Shown: positions 49,050-59,093, numbered from the stretch's first letter. The stretch is 64,000 nt of DNA from a virus (IMGVR_UViG_3300016744_000001), one strand, 5' to 3'. The notes: generated by a model from the letters alone, not told the origin. A program made the numbers and translations.

Positions 49050-50765
49050 ATGCCTAACTTTGTCGATCCCAATTCCACTTCGGCTTCTGTTGCTGACGCT
49101 GCTCTTACCGATATTGGCACGGATGCCAACAGGGAACAGAAGGGTGGCCGTATGTCCACCGCTACCCCTCAGGGCGGCACGCTGAGCAGCAATGCTCCGA
49201 TCAACACGGCTGAACGCAGTGAAAGCCAGGCACCCCGCACTTCTTTCCGCAGTCAGTTCATCGATTCGCAGAACCGCGAAAAGATGTCTATCATCGGCGA
49301 AGAATACCTCAAGGTGTTCATGGAGCAGGCCACTGCTGAAAAGCTGACCGTCACTGCCATGCCGGTCAATGGCGCCTACGTGGTGCACAACAACCAATAC
49401 GGCGTCGGCGTGATCTTCGACGAAGCGGTGCATCGCACTGTGGGTAACGAATTCTCGCCCCGTGGCAAGATCATCGACAAGATCTTCAACGATCCGATCA
49501 TGGTCAGCTCCCTGAAGCAACTCGGAGTCATGAATCTGACCGGGGTGATGATCACTCCCGACGACTACGGTACCAAAGAAGCCAGTCTTGCCTACGCCGC
49601 CATCAGCAAAATCCGCAACTACATCAACCTGGCCCTGAACGCTGACGCTCAGCTGTCCGAGCTCGGCAACTATCGCCTGCGCATCGTGACCAACCCCCAG
49701 GTGGTCGAACGCAACATGATGGCCAACTCGGCACATGGCGTGCTGCCGCACTACATGTACGGTCTGACCATGGAAATCTGCATGGACGAAGAAGTGCAGG
49801 GCCGCAATCGTCGTCCTGACAAGAACGAGGAAGAACTGAACTGGAACCACTTCTTCACCGTCGTGGCCATGACCGAATTCCTCGACTACCCCGAAGACGA
49901 ACGCCCGAAGATCCCCGTGGTTACCATCACCGGCTACGAAGGCACCTACCTGTCCATCAAGCTGCTGCCGCTCGTGTTGGCCGCCTCGTATGAAATCTTC
50001 ATCAACCAGGGCCTGTGGCTCGAACCCTTCAAGAACTACGGCTCCGAAGGCCGCAACCTCGGTGTGCTGTACCCCGATCCCAAGACCGGCAAGCCCACCC
50101 GCATTCAGGACCGCGAAGAGCTCAAGGCTTTCCTCAAGGCGTTCGTTGGCGACCCGAACCTCGCAGTCGACCTGCGCTACGGTTGCTTCAACTACCCTGG
50201 CTTTGAAGTGCTGGCCGACGCCTCGCTCAAGCGCCTGTCTCTGGAAATGGAAGAATTCACCGATGGTGACCTCGCTCAGATCGCTGACCCGGTCTTCCGT
50301 CAGGTGGAATACTACACGGGTACCGTCGCCGATGGCGACAAGATCCGCGACTCCCGTGCCGTTGACTACTTCCGCATCGTGGACGACGTCGCCGATCCCA
50401 CCCTGCGTGACCGCTTCCTGATCTACACCGATCAGCCTGATGACCGCATCCGTGCAATCGCTGAAGTTGGCTTCAGCAACTACAACGGTCGCACCAACAT
50501 GCTGAACGTGTTGTACCCCACCACCAAATACATCCTGAGCGCCGAAGCAATCTCGCAATTTGCCAGCATCGCTTCTGTTCTGGACATCATGCGCAACACC
50601 ACCCGCGACAATCGCCCTGTTATCAACAGCGACGATCTCCGTCAGCAGGGTCTCGGTCTGCGCCAGGGCGGCAGCATCTTCTCGAACCGCAGTGCCACCG
50701 GCAACTCCAGCTTCCGTCGCAGCACCGTGGGTTCGATCTTCGGTGACGGCCGTCGCCAGTTCTAA
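49050..50765 (+). CDS. chmA: Chimallin (phage nuclear shell protein) candidate
   Basis: About 570 aa; directly upstream of nvRNAP beta' as in phiKZ gp54-55; capsid-level codon bias; early promoter; low-complexity N and C tails. Confidence 0.7.
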   Translation: MPNFVDPNSTSASVADAALTDIGTDANREQKGGRMSTATPQGGTLSSNAPINTAERSESQAPRTSFRSQFIDSQNREKMSIIGEEYLKVFMEQATAEKLTVTAMPVNGAYVVHNNQYGVGVIFDEAVHRTVGNEFSPRGKIIDKIFNDPIMVSSLKQLGVMNLTGVMITPDDYGTKEASLAYAAISKIRNYINLALNADAQLSELGNYRLRIVTNPQVVERNMMANSAHGVLPHYMYGLTMEICMDEEVQGRNRRPDKNEEELNWNHFFTVVAMTEFLDYPEDERPKIPVVTITGYEGTYLSIKLLPLVLAASYEIFINQGLWLEPFKNYGSEGRNLGVLYPDPKTGKPTRIQDREELKAFLKAFVGDPNLAVDLRYGCFNYPGFEVLADASLKRLSLEMEEFTDGDLAQIADPVFRQVEYYTGTVADGDKIRDSRAVDYFRIVDDVADPTLRDRFLIYTDQPDDRIRAIAEVGFSNYNGRTNMLNVLYPTTKYILSAEAISQFASIASVLDIMRNTTRDNRPVINSDDLRQQGLGLRQGGSIFSNRSATGNSSFRRSTVGSIFGDGRRQF

Positions 50766-50774
50766 CATGTAACA

Positions 50775-50815
50775 AATAGGGAAGGGGGCGCAAGCTCCCT
50801 TCCCTATTATTTTTT
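50775..50815 (+). terminator. Intrinsic terminator
   Basis: AATAGGGAAGGGGGC-GCAA-GCTCCCTTCCCTATT plus T-tract. Confidence 0.85.
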
Positions 50816-50840
50816 CTCAATCTCAATCAGCCTGGACTGA

Positions 50841-50848
50841 TATATTAC
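50841..50848 (+). promoter_or_regulatory. Early promoter motif TATATTAC
   Basis: Exact motif upstream of the RNAP subunit gene. Confidence 0.75.
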
Positions 50849-50902
50849 TTTAAAGCTAGCTACTATTATCTATCCGACTAGCTTATTATCTCAGGAGGAG
50901 GT

Positions 50903-52375
50903 ATGTCCAAAAACCGAAAGGTTAGTTTGGTCGACTACACCAAGCTGTTTGAAAGTGCAACTCAACCAAAGTTCCTCAACGATTTACTCTTCAGTGATGC
51001 TGGTAAGAATGTCATTGACATGCTTTTCCAAAAGTCCGAGGGTGATCTTGAGTACGAACCCAAGTGTAGTTGTGGGGCGTATCGTGGCCGGCAGTATGAA
51101 GGACATGTTTGTCCGTATTGTGGTGAAGTCATCTTGTCTGACTTCACCAGTAACTTCTTGCCGACAAACTGGGTAGGGATTCCAGATAATCTCCCAAGGA
51201 TTATTCACCCACGGTTTTACATGATCCTCGCAAACTGGTCCAGCAGAATGCGAGTTGGTAAGAAAGGTACCCGCAATGCCGGTAAGAAACAACGAGTACC
51301 AATCATCGACTTCATTCTGAATCCGGATGAAGAGCTCCCAGACGATTTGGTTGATGGTGTGCATGGTCAGGGTTTCAGTTATTTCATCGAGCACATGGAT
51401 GAAATCATGACCTACATCTTTGAGGAACATCCAAAGTTCAGCAAGACGGCAAAAGCTGAAGAGATCATGCGAATCTATCGAGCGAACAAAGATAAGCTCG
51501 TGCTGGATAAGTTCCCGTTGCTTCACCCATCATTCCATCCGCTGCATGTCAATGGTCGTAGTCGCAAGATTGATAAGACAGCTGACATCATTCTGCCAGC
51601 TGTGATTGACATGGCCAATACGGAATTTACTCTGAGACGGTCAGTCACCAGAAAAAAGTTTGGTGATCGTGAGATCTGGAAAGTCTTCACAAAGTACATT
51701 GACTACATCAAGAAGATCATGGAGTCTAAGCTTGGTGACAAACAAGCTCTGATCCGTCGTCACAACATCGCAGCTCGCATGTTCTGGACTGGTCGAGGAG
51801 TTATCTCGCCAATCAACACCAGACACATGGGCGATGAGATTCATCTCCCGTGGAACATCATCATGTACGGCATGCAGTTGGAGATCATCAACTTCCTCTG
51901 CAACCGTCATGGGTATACCCCTACTGATGCATTGGAATACTTCTTCCGGTGTGTCAACAAGTATGATCCTCTGATTGACAACATCCTTGAGACCTCAATC
52001 AAGGAATGTCCGTACAAGGGTCTGCCTTGTGGCATGGGGCGAAATCCCACACTGCTGCGCACCAGTATCCGACTGGTCTTTTGCACTGGTTACAAGAAAG
52101 ATCCCAATGACAAATCCATCAACCTCAGCATGCGAATCTGTAAAGGTTATAATGCTGATAATGACGGGGATGAGCTTTACATCTACTTTATTAAGGAAAT
52201 GGGTATGGTGCCTTTTGCCATGCGCATGCATCCTCGTGAAGGCATCTTGAGTGAAACCACTCTTGGTGTTAGCGGGTATGTCACCCCCACGAAGGAAGCG
52301 ATCATCCACATCAATCAGTTCTTGCACTACGGTCGTGAAAACACTGGTCCGTGTGAACTGGTTCTTCCGCGATAG
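50903..52375 (+). CDS. Non-virion RNA polymerase beta'-like N-terminal subunit (phiKZ gp55-like)
   Basis: Zn site CSCG..CPYC; RMFWTGRGVISP; GRNPTL; catalytic NADNDGD. Confidence 0.9.
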   Translation: MSKNRKVSLVDYTKLFESATQPKFLNDLLFSDAGKNVIDMLFQKSEGDLEYEPKCSCGAYRGRQYEGHVCPYCGEVILSDFTSNFLPTNWVGIPDNLPRIIHPRFYMILANWSSRMRVGKKGTRNAGKKQRVPIIDFILNPDEELPDDLVDGVHGQGFSYFIEHMDEIMTYIFEEHPKFSKTAKAEEIMRIYRANKDKLVLDKFPLLHPSFHPLHVNGRSRKIDKTADIILPAVIDMANTEFTLRRSVTRKKFGDREIWKVFTKYIDYIKKIMESKLGDKQALIRRHNIAARMFWTGRGVISPINTRHMGDEIHLPWNIIMYGMQLEIINFLCNRHGYTPTDALEYFFRCVNKYDPLIDNILETSIKECPYKGLPCGMGRNPTLLRTSIRLVFCTGYKKDPNDKSINLSMRICKGYNADNDGDELYIYFIKEMGMVPFAMRMHPREGILSETTLGVSGYVTPTKEAIIHINQFLHYGRENTGPCELVLPR

Positions 52376-52378
52376 AGG

Positions 52379-52879
52379 TTGGTTGTGCCACCATCTGAGT
52401 ATAAATTCGGTCTGCGTCAGTACAGTACAGAACCAATGGCATTTATCTTGTCATCAGTTTTGTCCTCACTACAGCACACTGAGACTAACCATCTGCCACT
52501 CCCTAGTCGTTGTGCATCCATGGCAACTGACTGGGGGAATCGTTGGCGTCTGACCAAAGCAGTGTTGCGTGGAGAAGCGGACATCCTTGTGTATGACGTA
52601 ACTCCATCAACAATCGTCAAACCTGATAAAGCTCTTGAGTACGGTCTCCGTCAGAACTTGAGTGAAGAACCCAACATCTTCACTTTGACCGGAATCAAGG
52701 CAAATGTTCAAGAACCCAGGCAGTATCACGCCAACAGCAGTGACCTCTGTATTGGGAACAAGAACAACATCTGGTGGGTTCCAGCAAGAAACATCAGTCT
52801 GTATGCCAGGATCTTTAAGCGGTTGAGATTGGCTTTTGAGGTATTCCGCGGTCGGGCAGACATTCTCTATTATCGATAA
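52379..52879 (+). CDS. Hypothetical protein
   Basis: About 165 aa ORF in operon; start uncertain. Confidence 0.6.
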   Translation: MVVPPSEYKFGLRQYSTEPMAFILSSVLSSLQHTETNHLPLPSRCASMATDWGNRWRLTKAVLRGEADILVYDVTPSTIVKPDKALEYGLRQNLSEEPNIFTLTGIKANVQEPRQYHANSSDLCIGNKNNIWWVPARNISLYARIFKRLRLAFEVFRGRADILYYR

Positions 52880-52889
52880 AGGAGGACAA

Positions 52890-53528
52890 GTGAATGTCAT
52901 CAAGGTAGATGCCATGCCCTCATGGGGAATGATGGCCAACTTCAGCTCACTGGGAACATATGACCAGCAAGCAGAAGGGCTTGATTATCTCCAATCGATA
53001 TTTAATCAGCGCGGTGCCAACCGATACTTCGGTAGTACAGCTGATCGATATCGAGATACATTTGATCGAACAATCCGTACTCAGATTGATCGCACCAGAA
53101 GAGCTGACCTCGCAATACGCGATGCGTTGTCAGTGTTCACTGAGGATGATGCTATCAGACCGTGTATATCGGAGGCATCGTTACGTAGGCTGCCTCCGAG
53201 TATGTACAAGGCAATCCTGTCTCACCGTCCGCTGTACAATTTGTTCAGACAAGGGCGTGTCCAGGGTTGGGGTGAGTACACACCTGAGGACATCAAACCT
53301 GAAGTGCGTCGCTGGACCAGATTGCTTGATCGAAATGGCGCAATGCTCATCGATCCCGAACATGACAATCCGGAGAAGGAAGATCGGTTGTGTTGGACAT
53401 GGACGACTGAAGATCCTGATCTGTCAATCCAACAGATCATCGATATCAAACGTACCCGACGTTATGTTGAACATGTCTTGGAGAACTCGCAGCTTGATCC
53501 TACTGATCTGGATATGGTCAGAAGTTAA
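52890..53528 (+). CDS. Conserved phiKZ-like core protein (possibly gp59/Imp3-like)
   Basis: AGGAGG RBS plus GTG; D.IRP..L...PP.M...I, V.GW, C-terminal DPT motif; synteny. Confidence 0.5.
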   Translation: MNVIKVDAMPSWGMMANFSSLGTYDQQAEGLDYLQSIFNQRGANRYFGSTADRYRDTFDRTIRTQIDRTRRADLAIRDALSVFTEDDAIRPCISEASLRRLPPSMYKAILSHRPLYNLFRQGRVQGWGEYTPEDIKPEVRRWTRLLDRNGAMLIDPEHDNPEKEDRLCWTWTTEDPDLSIQQIIDIKRTRRYVEHVLENSQLDPTDLDMVRS

Positions 53529-53534
53529 CAACCA

Positions 53535-53562
53535 GCTAGTGGTAGGGAAACCTACCACTAGC
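53535..53562. terminator. Hairpin
   Basis: GCTAGTGGTAGG-gaaa-CCTACCACTAGC. Confidence 0.75.
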
Positions 53563-53582
53563 GATTACTTAAAGGAAAACAC

Positions 53583-53918
53583 ATGAGTCGCAAAGTTATT
53601 CGTCGCAAGACTCCCAAATTTGATCTTGCCACTGACGCTGGGTGCATTGAATTTCTCGCCTTTCTTACCACCAACGGCTTTAAAGCCAGCAGCATCATCT
53701 TTGAAAAGCCTAAGGATGAAAAGCTCACCAACCTTACCGATCCGGTTGGGGTGATCACTGCGAATAACCCCCACAACATCACATTCTTCAACGCGGATTT
53801 TGAATACCGCAAAACCACTGACGGTAAGACGATCCTGTTCCACCCCAGCCGGGATCATGTACTTGACCTCGTGCTGGCCAAGAGCCGCGAAAACGGTTTG
53901 CTTGAAGTTCAGATGTGA
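53583..53918 (+). CDS. Hypothetical protein
   Basis: 111 aa, AAGGA RBS, flanked by hairpins. Confidence 0.75.
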   Translation: MSRKVIRRKTPKFDLATDAGCIEFLAFLTTNGFKASSIIFEKPKDEKLTNLTDPVGVITANNPHNITFFNADFEYRKTTDGKTILFHPSRDHVLDLVLAKSRENGLLEVQM

Positions 53919-53929
53919 TCACTTAAACA

Positions 53930-53962
53930 TCAATACCAGGTGGGAAATCCACCTGGTATTGA
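53930..53962. terminator. Hairpin
   Basis: TCAATACCAGGTGG-gaaat-CCACCTGGTATTGA. Confidence 0.75.
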
Positions 53963-53975
53963 AAGGATAGCAATC

Positions 53976-54836
53976 ATGACAAGATTGATTCGGATCAATC
54001 CAAATGAACTCAACCACATGGACATTCATTCATTTTTTAGTTACAATGAAAACAATCCAACAATTCAGATTGCTTTGGTTGCCGAGGCGGACACGATCAT
54101 TCGGTTGCGTGAGTTTGTTCGCGATAATTATGCGCATACGCAATTGGACGCCGATGAAAGCTGGTGGAATTTGCAAGCATTTTTCAATTGCCCAACGGAA
54201 ACTAGACGAGAAGTAAATTCGGTGCAACCGAAGGGATCAATGCATGCGTACTACTGGAAATTTAATGACAAAACTTATTTGGAAACACCGTTTTCAATTG
54301 ATGTCGTCATTAACTTACTGGTAACCTGTATCAGAATGCCAATGTTCAAATCCCATGTCAGTTTATGCATCGTTTTTAACGATTCAACAAAAACTCATGA
54401 TGTGTGGTCAATTGGTGAATTGGACTACGACCCAAATTTGATCCGGCTGCACACCACCTTCAGTCTTGATCCCGACGTTCCGGCAAAGCAGATTGAAGCA
54501 ATGGTTGAACGATACAAAGAATTCAAATATCACTGGCAATCAATACTTTACTGCAGTCTAGACCCAAAAGCCATGGGTCTTACCGCATTGTGGGCATGTC
54601 TGAATGCCTTAAACTACAAATGTGATGACCTCAGGATTGTAGAACTGGCGAACAACATGCCAGTTACCAAATGGCTGCCTCGTCATCTCGAATTTGTAAA
54701 TCCTAAATTCGAGATCATCCCAATTGAAGGCACAAACAACATTGGGTTGTGGCTTGATCATGACAACATAAAGCAAGGACTCCACATTTTAGAAGAACCT
54801 GGGGGATGTGCACACTTAGTTAAAACGTTACTTTAG
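53976..54836 (+). CDS. Hypothetical protein
   Basis: AAGGA RBS; AT-richer than neighbours; flanked by hairpins. Confidence 0.7.
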   Translation: MTRLIRINPNELNHMDIHSFFSYNENNPTIQIALVAEADTIIRLREFVRDNYAHTQLDADESWWNLQAFFNCPTETRREVNSVQPKGSMHAYYWKFNDKTYLETPFSIDVVINLLVTCIRMPMFKSHVSLCIVFNDSTKTHDVWSIGELDYDPNLIRLHTTFSLDPDVPAKQIEAMVERYKEFKYHWQSILYCSLDPKAMGLTALWACLNALNYKCDDLRIVELANNMPVTKWLPRHLEFVNPKFEIIPIEGTNNIGLWLDHDNIKQGLHILEEPGGCAHLVKTLL

Positions 54837-54843
54837 TAACCAT

Positions 54844-54878
54844 GGATAGTACTGAGTGATTTTCACTCAGTACTATCC
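54844..54878. terminator. Hairpin
   Basis: GGATAGTACTGAGTGA-ttt-TCACTCAGTACTATCC. Confidence 0.75.
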
Positions 54879-54941
54879 TAAACTCTTTTATTTTTTCTGT
54901 ACTATCCCATGCAAAGTCATCATTTTTATAGGAGACTTCCC

Positions 54942-55376
54942 ATGCCAAACGTATACTTATCCCTTGATAGTCACGGTGGGGTACTGACTGATCCAGTTGA
55001 TGTCATTCCTTCAATCATCCGACATGTGTTTGCTCAACCCGGTAATGTCTCAACCATCTTCGATAACGTTGATGATTCACCAATGTTTTCAGTTCGAGAA
55101 CTGGAAGCAAACCATGGTACTGACCCAGCTCTGTTTGTTGCAGAATTCCAGAAAAAACTGTTGGCAATCATCCGTCGGTACTACCCGACTCGGTACATTT
55201 TACCGATGATCACCTACGAAATGGAATCTGACAATGTCAGATACAATGTCACAATCGATGTGCAAGAACAACTCGCTGGTGGGCAGGTTGAACCGATCAT
55301 CATCACCGACAGGATCTCCATTGATCCAACCACCCACAACATCGTTCTGAAATTCAAAGGAGATTCCAATGGCTAA
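54942..55376 (+). CDS. Conserved phiKZ-like protein
   Basis: AGGAG RBS; SL...G.LTDP..RYY pattern; position upstream of SbcD. Confidence 0.6.
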   Translation: MPNVYLSLDSHGGVLTDPVDVIPSIIRHVFAQPGNVSTIFDNVDDSPMFSVRELEANHGTDPALFVAEFQKKLLAIIRRYYPTRYILPMITYEMESDNVRYNVTIDVQEQLAGGQVEPIIITDRISIDPTTHNIVLKFKGDSNG

Positions 55377-56160
55377 TGATTCCAATCAACCGAACAGTGT
55401 GGTTGCCAACTTCGAAGCAATGAAGCAGTTGGTTGAACCAGAACTTCAGAACTTTGTGAAAGGTACTTCCCGTCTTCCGAAGCATCTTCAGTTGAAGGGT
55501 GGGACAAACCAAAACCCAAGCAATGTCAGTGATGTGCTTGCAATCGCTACAATCGAAGAAGAATTCGAACAGATCAACAACGAAATCATCAAAACCAAAA
55601 ACCGTTGTTCTGTGAGCGAGTACGCCAACAAGTGGGCGTTCTTGCATCTGCTGTTTGAACACTCTGGCTGCAAAACCAAACATGAATTCAAGCAACGTCG
55701 AGCACAATTGTCGTCGGAGTATCTCAACAGATTCTCCACACAACATCCCATCGTGATCTTTGAAGACCGCAATCCGAATCATGTTATTGCGATCATGCCA
55801 CCAATGTACCGTCAGGTGCAGCCATTGCGGGGTGGTGCGAATGGCGCAATTGACTCATTCATTTCGTATGGTGTCTGTGACCGTCCTGATGTTGAGCAAG
55901 CCGCCAACTTCAATCTGGTGAGAGCAGGGGTTGAAGCACAGCAAACAACCAAAGAAGCACTGAAGATGATGCAAGCACAAACAAACGATGCCATCATCAA
56001 GGTACTGCAGTGTTTTGAGCCCAACCACCCGCTTCTGCAAAAGATGCAAACTGCCAAACAAACTCAACCAGCTGCTACACCAACCACTACTGGTGCAACC
56101 CCGGTTGTGGCTGACAAAAACACAATCACAGATCTTGACCCTGACGATTTTGGTTTCTAG
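55369..56160 (+). CDS. Conserved hypothetical protein
   Basis: 263 aa, GGAG RBS, acidic C-terminus. Confidence 0.7.
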   Translation: MANDSNQPNSVVANFEAMKQLVEPELQNFVKGTSRLPKHLQLKGGTNQNPSNVSDVLAIATIEEEFEQINNEIIKTKNRCSVSEYANKWAFLHLLFEHSGCKTKHEFKQRRAQLSSEYLNRFSTQHPIVIFEDRNPNHVIAIMPPMYRQVQPLRGGANGAIDSFISYGVCDRPDVEQAANFNLVRAGVEAQQTTKEALKMMQAQTNDAIIKVLQCFEPNHPLLQKMQTAKQTQPAATPTTTGATPVVADKNTITDLDPDDFGF

Positions 56161-56162
56161 CC

Positions 56163-57296
56163 ATGGGGATTAACATCCTTGCGTTGAATGACCTACATCT
56201 AAACCATCCACACATCCCAGCAAGTGATACACATGACAACCTAAAAAGGTTGTTATATCCATTGCTAGTTCAAGGCAACATTGACATGTTGTCAATTGGT
56301 GGGGACTTCTTTGATTCCGCCCTATATCTGGATGATGTCGGTTCACTGCATGCAATGGAAATCATGACCGAACTTTGTCAACTGGCAAAACAACATGACT
56401 TTGCAATACGAGTCATTCGTGGTACCTACACACATGACCGTGACCAGTTAGCGCAAATGATTCCAATCGCTAGAAAGCATGGGATTGACTTTGCGTACTA
56501 CACTGGAATTGCTGTGGATGTCTACAAAGGGTTTTCTTTTTTGTATCTGCCTGACAATCTTCCACTTACTGTGGAGGCAATAATGGCAAACATTAAGGAA
56601 CTCTTGAAACCCTTTGATGGAAAGGTTGATTGTGTGTTCGGACATGGTTACTTTGACTATGTCCTTCCACCAATCGCTGCTCAACCAGGCCACTTCATCA
56701 CACACTACAAAGTCAAGACATTTGAACGTTTTGTCAATGAAGTTGTGGTCATGGGGCACGTGCATCAGTTCAGCAACTGTCGGATCGTTTGGTACAGTGG
56801 GTCATTTGACTGCAACTGTCATGGTGAAGAAGAGACCAAAGGTTTCCTTAGAATCCATCTGGAACACGGGAACACCAAGGTCAATCTTATTCCCAATCAG
56901 TTTTCGATGCCACACATCTCACTCCAGCTGTGTGGCAATACAGTAGAAGATCAGTTCAGTGACATCAACAAGAAGATCAGAAAGGTCTTTCCGGTTCCAC
57001 TACGGGGATACCTTCGAGTCATTGGTGGTGAGACACTCAAAACAGTAACGGCAATGCTTCGTGAGAAGTATAAAGGTCAACTGACAATCACTGAACTTGA
57101 CATCAACCTAAAGAATAAGTCCAGTACAAAAACCAGACTTGACTTTGGGTTCAAGCAACATCAGTCTGAAGTTCCAACCCGTGAAAATCTTGCAGCTCTG
57201 GTTCACGAATACCTGAACAACAATGTGATGAATTTTGATTTGTCGCAAATAGAAATTGAATCGGGTTTACAGGAATTACAAACGGGGAGTAACTGA
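56163..57296 (+). CDS. sbcD: SbcD/Mre11-like metallophosphoesterase nuclease
   Basis: NDLH, GGDFFD, RGTYTHD, GHG, GHVH, YSGSF. Confidence 0.9.
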   Translation: MGINILALNDLHLNHPHIPASDTHDNLKRLLYPLLVQGNIDMLSIGGDFFDSALYLDDVGSLHAMEIMTELCQLAKQHDFAIRVIRGTYTHDRDQLAQMIPIARKHGIDFAYYTGIAVDVYKGFSFLYLPDNLPLTVEAIMANIKELLKPFDGKVDCVFGHGYFDYVLPPIAAQPGHFITHYKVKTFERFVNEVVVMGHVHQFSNCRIVWYSGSFDCNCHGEEETKGFLRIHLEHGNTKVNLIPNQFSMPHISLQLCGNTVEDQFSDINKKIRKVFPVPLRGYLRVIGGETLKTVTAMLREKYKGQLTITELDINLKNKSSTKTRLDFGFKQHQSEVPTRENLAALVHEYLNNNVMNFDLSQIEIESGLQELQTGSN

Positions 57297-58288
57297 TGGA
57301 CAAATTCAATCCCGCTGAAATACTGGCTCCACCAGTCAACCGTCCTGCAGTTAAGCATGACTTTGATGATGAACCAGCTCCACAGACTGAAAAACAGACT
57401 GATGGTCAACACAACTTTCTCGATGACTATGAGCTCAACAAAGATACTGGATATGGTACTGACAGTTTGATCAAGGTGTTTAATGGGCTTCCAAGTAAGT
57501 CCAGTGACAACATCTTCGATACCGTTCTCATCAACGTGTCGACAATCATCAGGAACAATTCCACTCTTGACCGAGATAACTCAGAAATCAAGAAGTATAC
57601 TGAAGACGACGTGGTCAATCTCATCCAAGCGATAGTCACCTATCAGGAAGAGATGAGCCGTATGCTCACCAACCCCATGATCGTCTTCTATCTTCCTGAT
57701 TACAGTTGGCTTCCAACAATCCATCAACGGAAACCTTCACCTCTCAAAGTGAAGATCAATGCCGTTGTTGAAGCGTTCATGAAGGAAGACAACATCAGAA
57801 CAAAGAAGCAGATTCGTAGCCACCAAGGGAATTCGACGATCTATGAATTGTTTGCAGGTGGAAAGACTGAGTTGCCTCACCAGTCCATCAGCAAGTTTAT
57901 CGGCAGGATCAACACACTTAGTCACATTGACCCGGCTACTCAGTTGACTAAGTACCTGCTGATCTCACATTGTCCTCTGGATTATCACTTGCTGTTGTTG
58001 TATCGCAGGATGATGATCCTTGAGAGCTTTACTGGTGAATTGATTCCACCAAAGAGACTTGGGTTCAAGGTATTCAAAAACAACTTTGTCCCATTTAACT
58101 CTGTGACACACTTGTTATTTGGTGATCCTGTTCAGATATTGCCGATGGCAAAACGTAAGAACCGCAAGATCATCATGGATCAAGCAGCCCGTGAACAGTG
58201 GTATGTGCGGACACCGTATGAGATCGCTCAAATGGTTGGGCGTACCGGACAGGTCGACGCTCGAATCTTGACGCATCTCAAATTCTAA
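57296..58288 (+). CDS. Conserved phiKZ gp66-like protein (PIN/FEN-like fold suspected)
   Basis: INVSTIIRN, FYLPDY, ISHCPLD, LESFTG, PFN..LFGD; synteny. Confidence 0.55.
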   Translation: MDKFNPAEILAPPVNRPAVKHDFDDEPAPQTEKQTDGQHNFLDDYELNKDTGYGTDSLIKVFNGLPSKSSDNIFDTVLINVSTIIRNNSTLDRDNSEIKKYTEDDVVNLIQAIVTYQEEMSRMLTNPMIVFYLPDYSWLPTIHQRKPSPLKVKINAVVEAFMKEDNIRTKKQIRSHQGNSTIYELFAGGKTELPHQSISKFIGRINTLSHIDPATQLTKYLLISHCPLDYHLLLLYRRMMILESFTGELIPPKRLGFKVFKNNFVPFNSVTHLLFGDPVQILPMAKRKNRKIIMDQAAREQWYVRTPYEIAQMVGRTGQVDARILTHLKF

Positions 58289-58307
58289 CTCTCCAAGGAG
58301 ACTGACC

Positions 58308-58964
58308 ATGGCGATGGATGATACTGATCACACAAAGTTCAATATGAACTCGCTCCAGCGTTTGACCAATAAGGAGCGGGACAAGCAGATGACCCTTGGG
58401 GTTTACAATGGTGATCCCCAGATCTCCCTGAACACTCTTCCCTTTGAAAAGGGAACCCGCCCGAAGTCCATCAAGGTGAACGACATCCTGCGCTATGTCA
58501 TCATCGAAAAGATGCAAAAGCTTCTCGATGCTCCCGGCCCAGACAAGAAGTTCCCCATCATCATCAATGGGCGCTGGAACCCGGACACCCGCAAGAAAGA
58601 ACTCTCCACGGTCTTGACCATCGGCATGGATGACACCGGAATGTGCTTCATCGGTGTCAAGCACATTGACGATCAGGGCAACAACTTCATTTCGAAGTTT
58701 GAACTGACTGGTGACCGTAACATCGAGTCGGTTGACTACGACGACGACAAGTCGCGTTCATTGTCGACCTTGCGCATGCTGAAGCATTTCCTTGAAAACG
58801 CTTGGCCTGTCAGCGCGTACTTCACGCGTAACCACCTTGTGACGAAACAGTTCAATGGTGGTGGCAACGGTGGTGGAAACAAGGGTGGATATCGCGGTGG
58901 CAACAATGGCGGCGGATATAACAAGATGGCCGCAGAGACTAAGGGTGAAGACGACATCTTCTAG
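58308..58964 (+). CDS. chmC: ChmC-like nucleic acid-binding protein (phiKZ gp67 position)
   Basis: 218 aa; G/N-rich tail GGGNGGGNKGGYRGGNNGGGY and acidic end EDDIF; immediately before the gp68-like gene. Confidence 0.6.
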   Translation: MAMDDTDHTKFNMNSLQRLTNKERDKQMTLGVYNGDPQISLNTLPFEKGTRPKSIKVNDILRYVIIEKMQKLLDAPGPDKKFPIIINGRWNPDTRKKELSTVLTIGMDDTGMCFIGVKHIDDQGNNFISKFELTGDRNIESVDYDDDKSRSLSTLRMLKHFLENAWPVSAYFTRNHLVTKQFNGGGNGGGNKGGYRGGNNGGGYNKMAAETKGEDDIF

Positions 58965-58982
58965 GCAATAGCCTTTCCGTGA

Positions 58983-59013
58983 TCAGTGAGGTAGGCTTGT
59001 CCTACCTCACTGA
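58983..59013. terminator. Hairpin
   Basis: TCAGTGAGGTAGG-cttgt-CCTACCTCACTGA. Confidence 0.75.
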
Positions 59014-59039
59014 GATTTATTTGATTACAGAGGTACAAC

Positions 59040-59047
59040 TATATTAC
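59040..59047 (+). promoter_or_regulatory. Early promoter motif TATATTAC
   Basis: Exact motif. Confidence 0.75.
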
Positions 59048-59093
59048 TGATACAGTCATCAAACCTCGATCGTTTAAAGTAAAGGGAGTGGGC

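Noticed and set aside
48945-50768. 607-aa antisense ORF over the chimallin candidate
   Set aside because: Shadow ORF caused by the strong codon bias of the sense gene; no protein-like motifs.
50903-52375. Intron, intein or homing endonuclease in the RNAP beta' gene, as in phiKZ
   Set aside because: The ORF is continuous, of expected length, and all motifs are in order.
158-59013. Palindromes as CRISPR repeats or mobile element ends
   Set aside because: Sequences differ from each other, are single-copy and have no spacers; no cas or transposase genes.
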